A stretch of 43,097 bases of DNA from a virus (Duplodnaviria > Caudoviricetes), in the IMG/VR virus record IMGVR_UViG_3300009160_002016, positions 1 through 43,097 of that record; one strand, 5' to 3'. The position numbers were made by a program, and so were the translations under genes. Shown here piece by piece: positions 24,384 through 36,300 of the stretch (positions are counted from its first letter, which is position 1; every line of letters begins with the position of its first letter). The notes beneath the pieces are model-generated. The model saw nothing but the letters and a program-made list of their open reading frames with translations, made no database searches and was not told the DNA's origin.

Positions 24384-27300
24384 ATGGCATCCCCCTTCGA
24401 CCGCGTCCGTTCCGGCCTTCAAAACGGAACCATTCCCGTCAACACCGATCTGCGACAGGAAACGGAGAAGATCGCCGCCGACCGCCAGCGCACCGAAAAG
24501 ACCGGCTCGTGGATTCGCGACACCATCCAACAGCAACGCGCCGCCGCTGATCGCAAGGCCCGCCAGGATGCGATTTTGGCCGAACGTCAACGCCGGGACC
24601 AAGAAGCGGCGGACCTTGGAGCCCGCAACGATCGGACCAAGCAACAGGCGATGTTGTCCGGGGAAGATACCTGGCAGGATTCGACCGGCGAGACCCGGAT
24701 CAAGCCTGCATTTGTGGTCCCGCAAGATCCCGAAAAGGTTCGGGCTGATGCGGAAAAGATCGCCGCCGAACAGGATCGTGAGCGTCAACAGCTCATTGCA
24801 AATCAACGCGCCGCGAAGTCTCGGGAACTGGATTACAACGCCGAGGCCGCGAAGCGGATGGCCAAGGAGCCAGACGCGATTCTGAAGCAAGTCGGCAAGG
24901 ATTTGGGAGTTGATCCTGAAGACCCGCAGTCGATCGAAAGCCTCGCTGACACCGACAAGGCGTATGTCCAGGCGACCAAGCAAGCCCGGGACGTAGCCGC
25001 GCAAGCCGCTCAGGCCGCCGACGACAAGGCGTTTTCGTTCAAGGGCGGCGCCGACAAGGCCAATTCCGCCGTGGTGGCCGAGGCAAACCGAGTGCGCCAA
25101 GAGCGCGAGATTCAGGAACTCGCCGCGAAACGTGCGGAGCTGTCCGCCAAAGCTGAGGCCGCCAAGGCGCAAGTCGATCAGACGACCGCCGAACATCAAG
25201 CCCGAATCCTGGCCGCCGATGAGGAGTTCGAGACCGCCGTTTCCGGCCCGATGACCTCCGACCAATACCGCGAGGCCAAGATGAAGCGGGACGCGATCAA
25301 GGTGGAATCCCGCAACGCGATCGATCTTGCAACCAATCGATTCGCCCGGACCTACGGCGCGATCCGTGACGAGGACGCGATTCAGCAAGCGTTGCTGGAG
25401 CGCAAGATGCCGAAGGACGTTCCCGCGAATCCACCGGCCACAACGCCGTTCTCAAACACCCCGCTGGAAGCCCCAACACCGGGGAAGCCCGCGCCGGGAA
25501 ACGCCCCGGCTGAAATTCAATCCCCTGGATTGGAACCGCTGAACGCATCGCCCGCCGTTCCTGAAGCGGAAGACCTAAGCGATGAGGGCGTGATCGCTTC
25601 GCGAATTCAGGAGCGTCGCGCCAATCAACTGGCGGAGTTTCAGGCCACGCAGCGCGACGTGATTTCGAAGCTGGCCAACGATCAAATGTTGCCAGAGGAA
25701 GCCAACGACGCGGTTGCGGCGGCGATGTCGGCCATCGACACGCAACTGGACGACGCCACGCAAGAAAGGCTTAGCCCTTTGGTTGCAGAGGCGTTTGCGG
25801 CGGCTGAAAAGGACGCGAAGACCCCGGAGGAAGCGGCGGCGAAACTGATGGCATCCGGCAAGTTGTCGAAGATCGCTCCGGCCCTTGGCTACGATGATGC
25901 GGCGGCCCTGTATCTTGCCAACGTAGACACGGCGACGTTCAAGCCAAAGCCTGAACCGGTCGAAGAAAAGGGATGGTTCGCGCAACTCAAGCGGGCACCG
26001 ATTGTGGGCGACGTGGTTCGAGGCGCAGAAGTCTCAACCCGCCAACTCCCACAGCTTGGCTTTGGCGTCGCGGCTTTGATCGGCGACACCCTGGAAAAGA
26101 CGGTCGGCAAAGGGGAGACGCTCCGCAACTGGGGTTTTCGTGGATACCTCGATGCCGAGCAAGGCATGGCTCCTATCAGCCGGGAAGACGACGACGTCAC
26201 GGTGGCATGGTCGAAGGCGAGCAAGGGCAATCTTGGCGCGATGGCAAACTTCCTGGAATACGCCGTCGGCTACGGCATCGGCCAGATCCTTGAAACGATT
26301 GCTGTGTCTGCGGCGGGTGGGGCGATCGGTGGCGCGGCCGGGACGGCGGTGGAACCTGGGGGCGGGACGGCTGTCGGTGCGGTTGGTGGAGCCCTCGGCG
26401 GCGCGTTCGCCAAAGGTGCGGTGAAGACCGGCATCCGCAAGTTCATGGCTGAGGCCATTGCTGGTCAGGCCGAAAAGATGGCCCTCAAGCAGCTCGGCAA
26501 AACGGCGGCGAAGTCGGAAGTCAAAGCCCTTGCTCAAACTGCAACGCTGACACAGGCCGCCGCGAAAGCGATCGGATCGAATACCGCAATCCTCACCAAC
26601 GCCCTCGGGATGGAGTTGGGCGCGATCTACGGCGAGGCCGCCAAGAGGGCCAAGGAGGAGGGCCGTGAACTCACCGGCTGGGAGCTGGCGCGAGTATGGG
26701 GAACCGGCATCGCGGCGGGCGGTCTGGAATCCGTGGCGGACAAATTCGGCTTGGATCTCCTTGGAGGCAAGAAAATGCCGAAGGGCGTAACAGGCCGGGC
26801 GGTTCGCGCAGCTACCGGCGCAGCGGAAGGCGTTGCCATGGAAGGCGGAACCGAGGCGTTGCAGACCGTCTTGGAACGTGTCGGAGCCGGTCAAAACCCG
26901 ATCGACGCCGAGGGACGGCGCGACATCATCAACGCCACGGCAATGGGCGGAATTATGGGTGGCAGTGTAGGTGCCATTGGCGGGGCGTTGAGTTCCGAAC
27001 CCGTCAACACCGCGACGCCGCAAGGCAAAATTCAGGCTGCATGGCAGAACGCCGCAACCGTCACGACTCCTGAAGCTCTCGCGGCGCACGCCGGGATTGA
27101 CCCAGCCCAATACGAGGCGCTGGTAAAAGACTTCGGAGATCCTTCGCAGGCTGCGGCCAAGGATTTCGCCACCGCCAACCTACTCACCACTGGGGCGCAA
27201 CAGCAAAACCGCCATAGCGACGTGCTGGCTCCGGTTACGGAAGCGATTCAACAAGGGACGGCGCGGGCGCAAGAACGGGCGAAAGCGATGGTTGACATCC

Positions 27301-30300
27301 ACACGGCGACCGACCCCGAGCAGTTTGACCGTGCGCTCTTCGCGGCCCAGGATGTGGGCGACGCACAAGCCGAGGCTGACATCGTGACGCAACAGCAGAA
27401 CGCTGGCTACGTGCGCGGTCTCGCAAAAGTGCTTGGCGGAGGTCAACTGACCAAGGACGAACTGGACGTCGTCAACGCTCCGTTTGCCGACAAATCAAAA
27501 AAGGCAATCATCGAAGGCCCCGGAGGCACGCAGATCGTTTCCGACCTAGCCATCGAACGGGCGGATGTCGTCATGCCTGACATGGGCATGGGCGCGGCGC
27601 TGAAGGCGATCAACCCGATGGGTGAGGTGGAAGCCACCCAACAAGCTCAGGCCCGCGAAGACGCGAAGGCGGCCAAGGGCGCAAAACAATCCGGCGGAGG
27701 CATGGCACCGCAGGGCACAACACAACCCGAAGTCCCCGTCTCTCCGGGTGGAGAGGCGGGGCAACCGGGATTTACCTACACGGCGACGATGCCGGACGGG
27801 CAGACCGTGAGTCTTCCATCGGAGCAACGGCTAGGCCGGGCTGCGCGTGTCGTCCTATTCCAAGATGCCGGAGTCACGATCCCGACGAACACGCCGATCA
27901 CTGAAACCGCAGGCACTTCCGCACAAGTTCCTGCATCTTCAAACAAAGGGGGCGCGCAAAGTCCGGCGGAGATTGAAGCGGTGGCTATGTTGCAAAGCGG
28001 TTCGACCCCCGCAGAAGTTCGCGCAAAACTCCCAGGGCTCACCTTAGCCCAAATCAAAGCACTCGCCAATCCATCAAAGGGGGCAACTCAAAGTCCACAA
28101 AGCAGGGCATCCTTTGACAAGGGATCGTATCGGGTTCCGGCTGAAGTGGCGGCGTGGGATCAGCAGCACCGAACCGAACGTCACGACGAATGGTTTGATG
28201 GCGCGAACGTAAACGAATCCGCGAGGCGTGGATTTGACGAGGCTCGGGCCAATGGAGGTCATGACATCCAAGCCCACGGGATGGCAAAGGCTGGGACGTT
28301 GTCTGGAGGATTGGCTGATCTGCTCAACATGATCACCAACGGGCTAGACCCGTCGAGGATCAAGCCATACAGCAACGGGGAACTCATGCTTGAGACTGCC
28401 CCTCTAGTCAGCGAGAAGGGCGGAAGCAGCGCAGGAGCGACGCCGAACGGTTCGGCATACAGTGACGGACCGTTCCAGCTTTTGGCGCGACCAGGGCAAT
28501 ACCTAGAGGGCCAATATCTAGAGGGTCTCGGGGCGATCCTGATCAATGAGGCTCACGCCGATCAAGCCGCACCGATCAAGGCGGAGATCGCCAAGGTCCG
28601 GCCTGACTTGATCGTAGGCACATACTCAGAAGCCGGGGCAGTCGTCGCGCAACTCAACGCCAAAGCCAAAGGAGACACGAAGGGGTCACAAACGGGACAA
28701 ACGCCCGAAGGAAACGGGACATCTACGGGACAAGCGGGACAGGCCGAAGCCCCAACCGACTACGTGAAGCGCATCGCCCCGAAGGCGGCGGCGCTGGTGG
28801 ACGTGTTTCCGGGCGGTGTGAGCGACGCGACCGAGGCTCAGCGGAAAGAAATGGGTGATTCCCCGATGGCCTACCTTCGCGGGCGACTCATCATTCAGCG
28901 TGACCGGCTGGCGCTTTACTCTTCCGATCAAGCGGAAACCCTTGTGCGTCACGAGTTGATCCACCACGCCATGAAGGACGCGGTGCGGGAAGGGGCGTTT
29001 TCCGACGCGGACGTTGCAGGAGTATGGTCCGCCCTTGGGGGCAGCCGCGAGGGCAAGAAGTTGCAACGCCTCGTCCGCAACGCCTATTTCTCGTCCCGGT
29101 CGATGAAGGCCGAAGCGGCAGGGGCCTCCGACTTCGTTCTCGGGGCGGAAATGATCCGCATGATGGTTGAGGATGCGGAGTTCGCGGGGCAGATCAGCGA
29201 GGCGGTGATCGGCAATGCGGAGGCGACCTCAATGGTGCGCAGGATCCTCCGCGAGCTGCGCAAGTGGCTCAAGCTGGCGATCAAGCAACTCGGGGATGCG
29301 AACCCGGAACTCAAGGCGGAGTTGGAGGCTATGGCGGAGGCCACTGCGCAAGCTTTGCGCAACCTGAAGACCGAGGCGGCCACGGGATCAAAGCCCGCGA
29401 CGAAGCCAAAGGACGACGGGCAGAACGAGACTCTCAACGCATCCGGGGCGGCGCCGACTCTCAATGCAAACACCCCGATCAGTCGCCCGAGCGGCAGGCA
29501 CGATTTCAGTCGAGTTGGCACCGCATGGCAAGGCAAGGTCAAGCCGACAACCCGCGACACCAACGACGGTATTCACTCCGTGGATGCTGCAGGTCTGGCG
29601 AAGCAAATGCCAAAGGTCACGCACTTCGTTGATGACGTTCCTTTGCCGTCCTATCTGATGGAAAGCACCGACCCGGAAACTCGGCGCGATGTCCTGATTG
29701 ACTTCTTTAAGGGCAACATCCTCGCCCTCTACGACGCGTTCGACACGTTGGGTCACAACCTGACCGTGCGGTCAACGCATTGGTATGATGGGGCGCGACT
29801 GATCGCAGAGTCGATTGCGTCTGATAACGGCATCACGAACGAGCAAGCTGCTGGGATCATGGCGGTGCTGTCGCCAATGAAAGATTGGTTCCAGAATGTC
29901 GCTATGGCGCAGAGAATGGCGGATGTTTTTGCCAATCACCGTGACGTCGTAATCACGCGAAAGCAGTTCAGCAAGACGATGCGCGGCATGCTTGATTCGG
30001 CGCAAGACGCAGCCAAGCGGCGCAAGGAGTTCAAACTACTAGAAGGTCGTTCCATCAACGACCTGTGGGCATCCGGTGATCCAGTGGACAAACGCCTCGC
30101 TGCAGTAGCGACCCGACTCCTCTCTCAGCACTTCCACGGCCTGGAGCACCAAGTCCTTTCCCCAGAAGGAGAGAACCTCGGATTGCGCCGGAACCTCGAC
30201 GGCAGCACCAAGACCATGGTGTGGCAGGCTGACGTGTTTATCCTCAAGGGACTTTCCGTTGCCTATGACGGGTCGCCGGAAAACATCTCGGCGACACTCG

Positions 30301-33300
30301 GAGGAGAGCATAAAATCCGCAATTTCTACAACAACATCATCGCCCCGAACAGCCCTGCTGGCGATGCCACGATCGACACGCACGCAGTCAACGCGTCGGC
30401 GCTGTATCCTATGGGCAACAAAGGATACTTGGTCGGGTTGAGTTTCGGTGATGCCGGTGTCGCTGGCGGCGGGAACTCCGGGATTTACTGGATGTTCCAC
30501 GAAGCTTACCGGCAGGCCGCCGAAGAACGTGGGATTATGCCGCGCCAAATGCAGTCGGTCACTTGGGAGGCAGTCCGTGGACTCTTTACCGACGACTTGA
30601 AACGCTCCAAAGCTTTCGTTGGACAAGTCACACAAATGTGGGCAAATTCTACTGATGCCGAATCCACCCGCCAACAAATCATCGGCCTCGGAATCCGACA
30701 CCCTGAGTGGGCTCGATTTGACGCCGGAAGTGGTCCGCGCCCTTCAGGAAAGCCTTCCGTATCTGGAAAAGCTGATGGAAAGAAAGCTGACGCTAAGGGA
30801 AGCGTACGATCTGGAGTTCGACAAGGGATCGCACGTTCCGGGGAACTGACCACCCCGTCCGAGCAATCCTTCACCCCGCCGCAAGCCGACCCGGTAACGC
30901 CACCCGAAAACGAACTCCTCATGGCGTCCGCTGCGGTCCCGGCAGCGATGGCCCGCCGCTTCGGAGTCACTCAGGAATCTGACCCGTTCGCTTTCGCCTA
31001 CCTGAACCGGCGTCGCGGGAAGATCAACACGCAGGAGGTGAAGACCCGGGCGGACCTTGACGCATTCGCCGAAGCGGAGTTTGCGCGACGTTCCGCGAAC
31101 AGGTTCCAGGTTGATCCGGAGTCCATCCGCAGGCTTGAGCCGGTGATCCGCAAGGCTGCGGAGAAGCAGGTCAAGTATGGACTGGCGGAAGGGAAGGCTA
31201 CGCTGGAATTGCTTGATACACCGTCAACCGAGGTCCTTGAGATCCCAGAGTCTCTGTCCGAATGGCTCCGTCAAAACGGCCTGACTCAGCCCCGAAAGCT
31301 AGCGGATTTTGAGTGGTTGGCCCGGGTGGCGGCGAAGATGGAAGACCAAACCTTACGCGCCGTGACGGAATCATTCATCGCGGATCGTCGCGGTAAAGGC
31401 TGGTCCGCGTGGGTGGAGGAGAACGTCAACCGCCCCCGGAGAGAGGCGGCGGAGTCGTGGGCAAAGACACTTTCTGAGACGTGGAGTAACCCCATCGTGT
31501 CGTCTGAGCCAAACCCTGACGGCGGCGTCGATGTAGTCTTTGCCAACGGTGAGAGCGGGTTGTTTGAATCGGTCGAAGAGGCGATGCGCGACGGGCAAGG
31601 CGGAACCGGGGTCATCCCGCAGATCACCGACGCTTATTCGCAAAACCTTGCCTGGGACATCCTTGAACACAGCATGGGCTCCCGCGTCAACTACGGACTC
31701 GGACGCCCCCGCGAACTCTCCCCGGAGATCCTCGAATCCACCCTTGATCTGATCCGCTCCGGCGAAGCGGGCGACCCTCTCTTTCTCTACGACGAAGAAA
31801 GGGCGAGGTCGGCCACGAAGGGCTTGCGCACGATCAAGGCGGGTGAGGGACATCGGTGGGTGTTTGTGCCGGGCGGTGCAGCCGGAGGAGGATCGCCTCA
31901 ATCCGCTGTCATGGTTACGTTTGAGGATGGGAGCACCATCAAAGCGGCGACCCGTGTTGATGCCGAGAATGCTGCCAAGGACGCAATTGAGGGATACCTT
32001 GATTTTAGCGACATCGAAATCGTTGAGGCGTCAAGCCTTTTGGAAATCATCAACGATTACCCGTTGTCCAAATACGATGAAGACTACATCGGGTTTGCGG
32101 TGGAATCATCCGCCGATCCAGACATGACCGAGGTCGTCAAGGTTTTCGAGACTCGCGAAGATGCAGAGGAATACGTCGCGGAATACAAAGGCCAATGGGT
32201 GCATCGGCCAAACATGTATGACCGATTCAGGATTGACGACACGTTCCCGTCTAAGCAGGAAGCGAAGAATGACGCACGATCTTCGGCGATTGAAGCTGAA
32301 CTCGAAACGCTCACGATTGAGGAAATCACGGATGTGCCGCCGGACCACATCAAGTCCCTGATGGCGCTCAGCCCTGACTCGTGGTGCACCAACGGCGAGA
32401 GCATGGCCCGGGAATACCTTTCAACCAAGGACTACTGGCTGCTGCTCCCACCGACAGGGAGCAAGACGATTGGCGGCATCCGCCTGTTCACCGGCACAAA
32501 CCGAATGCAGGGCATCAACGGCGTAAACAACGCCGAGGACGCCAGGCAGTTGATTGGAGACCACGCCAAGCGCATCGCGTTGCTGGTGCGTGCGGAGGGC
32601 ATCGACGTGACGGACGCGGCCACACGCAAGGCAATTGCCAGCGTATCGCCCTCGACCACGAATGAGATCCTGAAGGCTTCGGGCGCTGTGCCGCAGGAGA
32701 ACATCGCACCCGAGGACGCGATCGTGATGTTTGGATCGGGCGGGACACAGATGAGTGTTGGCCCGGTCAGTCGTCAGTTTGATGAACTCATCGCCGATGT
32801 GTTGAAGCCGAGGATCGGATCAAATCGCGATGTCGTTATTTCGGCGGAGCCCCTCGGTGAAGAGGTGACGGATAAAGATGAAAACGGCGATGCGGTGGAA
32901 ATCCAAGAGGAATATAAGGTTGCGGGCGCGGATGAATCCGGGGCCAGCCTCACCCGGCTTTGGACGAAGCGGAACGGTGTGACGAAGGATTCATGGCTGG
33001 TCGCAAGCCGTGACGACTATGATGGCAATTTCTACGAATCACTGGACGACGCACTTCGCGCCATCGAAGAGACAGAGCGTGAGGAGCGCGGATTAAAGCA
33101 AGACTCAGACAATGAGTTCAATGTTCGCCGAATGGTGAAGCGCGAGATGAGTGAGGGCGTCATCGGAAGCGATGGTTTTTTCATCACCCCGGTCATCGCA
33201 TCAACGGGGTCGATTTACATCGAAGACGGCGATGCGCGAATCTCCTTCCGGGATCACCCTGTCTCGCAATTCCGTGAGATGGAGTTCGGGCTTGTCGATA

Positions 33301-36300
33301 AGGCGATTATTGTCAATTACAGTGACCCTCAAAGCGTAGCGAGCGGACTCAATGAACTGGCGATGTTTTTGGCGAATCGCACCGCTGGCGGCGACATCCT
33401 CAAAGCCTCGGGCGCCGTGCCGTCCGGGGATGGTGAATACCGTGGAGTTCACAAGGCGCCAACAGGAAAATACGGAGAAGGTTCATTGGATGCGATGGAT
33501 CGCACGTATCCCGATGATCTCTACGGCCCGAACGGCCCACGCTACTACGGTGACACCTATGATCCGGCGATGGACCGGAAGATGCATCGCATCATCGTTG
33601 CGATGCGCGGAAAGCCAGATGCACCAGTGAAGGTCTACAGGGCGGCCCCAAAAGGTGTGGCGTCCGAAATCAATCCTGGCGACTGGGTTACCCCGAGCCG
33701 GGAATACGCAGTGATGCACGGCGAGCGGTTTGACGATGGCGCTGACATCATCGAAAGAACCGTAAAGGCTGGAGAGCTGTTCACGGAGGGTAATTCCATT
33801 TTTGAATTTGGATGGTCTCCACAAAGCGATGACATCCTCCGCGCTTCGGGCGCCACCCCCGAGCAACCGAACCGATACCAACGCGAACGCCAACGCAGGA
33901 TCGACGCGACGGTTCGCGACACCCTGGGCATCGTCACCGGAACCCCGGTCCCGACCCCACCAAAAGAACGCAAGCGCGGCAAGGTGGGCGGCAAGATCGC
34001 GCAGAAAATCGCCGAGGTCCGCCGCAAGATGGAAACCCCCAGCGAGGAGCCGCCCCGCACCGTTGCTTTGGCGGACATCCCCGACATGGGCGCGATGATT
34101 GGCGTCGTCCACCGTGACGCGATCCTGACATGGCAGGGTATCTACGGCGATGCGCTGGCGATGATCGGCGAGCCCGGAGATCAAGAAGTTGTTCCCATGT
34201 TCGTGGGCCGAGTCCCCGAAGGACGCACCGGGGCGACGGTGATGGTCCGAGACGTTGACGGCGAGGCGATGGCGCCCGTGCAGATCCCCGTTCGCTCCCG
34301 CGCCTGGGCGTTGGCGATGCCGGAGATGACGCAAGCCTCGCAGATTGTGGTGACCTCGGGAGGTCAGGAAGGGATCCGGCAAGGAACCATCGACCTCTCG
34401 GGGATGTTTGGGGGCACGGTTGACGCCACTGACCTACGGAACACGGGGGATTTCATCGGGATCGTTCGAGGGCCGGATGGTGACCGGGTCTACCGGAATG
34501 CAGACGATGAGGAGCCGGTGATTCTGAAGGCTAGCGCGGCTACTCCGCTTGCAAATCGCGGATCAGATTCTGATTCAGGCAGCGGCCCTGTGTGGGGGCC
34601 TAAGTTCCAAAAGGCTATTTCGCGCGAATACACCATTGCCCTTGCAGGCGACGATTTTGGCAGTCAATACGACATCCTGGCGGCCAAATACAACAACGAC
34701 CCGAATGCTTCCCCAGAAATGCGCAGTGCGCTTTTGAAGGAGTTGGAGCACTTGGAAAACCTGCTTGGTGATGAGTGGCTCAACAAATACTCAAACGGTC
34801 GCACGTTTTCGAAACCTCCATTGTCCGACGACATCCGATACAGCGCCGCCCCGGCCCCTCTCCTCCGAAGCAACGTCAAGGCTGTCCGTGAAGCCTTGAA
34901 AAACCGCTTCGGCGGCAGCATCCCGTCCGGCGTCCGCGTCGTCGATCTCCCAAACGAGACGTGGTTTGGATTGATCCAAGGCAACGAGATCCTCGTCAAC
35001 GCCGCAAGGAATCAAGCTCGCCAAGCTCCGTTGACTGTCGCCCACGAGATCGGGCATTACGTGTGGAGAAAACCGGGAGCCCGCAAGGCGTTCGACCGAT
35101 TCACGGAACTCCTGACCGACGCAGAACGCGCCCGGGTCGATGAGATCATCCGCGACTTTTACGACGGACCCATGGGTGAATACGCATCCGAAGAACGGGC
35201 CGTTCTTGCGTTCGAAAACATGATCGCGAAGTCGGGGCCTGACACGCGCACCGCATGGGAGCGACTGGTCAACCTCGTGACCCGCGCCGTCAAGAAGCTG
35301 TTCGGGGTGGCGCTTACCCCAGCCGAAGCCAAGGCGCAAGCGTGGGACATCTTCGCCTCAGGACTTCGGGACTTTAAGGGCGGCCCGATGAACGGAGATG
35401 CCCGATACAGCAGCAAGCCCGGCGGGATGTCAAAGGACGCCGCACGTCACACGGAGCTTGAAGCAAAATTCAACGCCGGAACGATCACCGAGGCCGAGAC
35501 CCGCGAAGCTCAGCGCATCACCCGCAAAGCCGCCCGGGATGCTGGATTCACCGAAAAGGGATGGCATGGCGGCGCAAAGGGGATTAAAGAATTCAGCACG
35601 CCGACATTCTTCGCCACAGAGAAGCGATTTGCGGAAGCGTTCGCCAAGCAGTTCCACGGCGACGATGGCCAAGTCTATGAAACCTTCATCGCAGCCAAAA
35701 ACCCGCTCCGACTTGACCGACTTGGCGTCAAATCAACCCAAACAGCGTTCATGCGGTTCCTTCAACGCAACGGCATCGACCTAGATTTCGACCCGATCAC
35801 GGTATGGGATTCCGTGCGTTCGATCTTGACCGGCGAAGAAAAGGCGGACACTTACGAAACAACGCAAAGCCTTGTTGATGACGATGATTTCGTTGCCGCT
35901 CTCCGCAACGCCGGATTCGATTCGATCACGCAGATTGAGCCAGGTGAAAGTTTGGCGACGGGCAACACAAAATCCCTGATCGTGATTGACCCGTCACAGA
36001 TCAAACTGGCTGATCCATTCACAGGAGTCAACTTAGACGAGCGCTTCAACCCTGCGAGCGACGACATCCGATACAGCTACGCGGGAGCGTCGGCAAACAC
36101 CCCTGCTTTCATGCGTGACTCGTTGGAGTCCGCGAGGGCGATGGCGGCGGCGGGCAAGTCGAGCGAGGAGATCCGCGCGGTGACAGGTTGGTTCCCAGGA
36201 AAGTATGACGGCAAGTTGCGGTTCGAGATCCCGGACGACGCGGCCAAATGGAGGGTTGTTGACGGACAAACCTACGTGTCAGAGGCGGCGGGACGCAACG

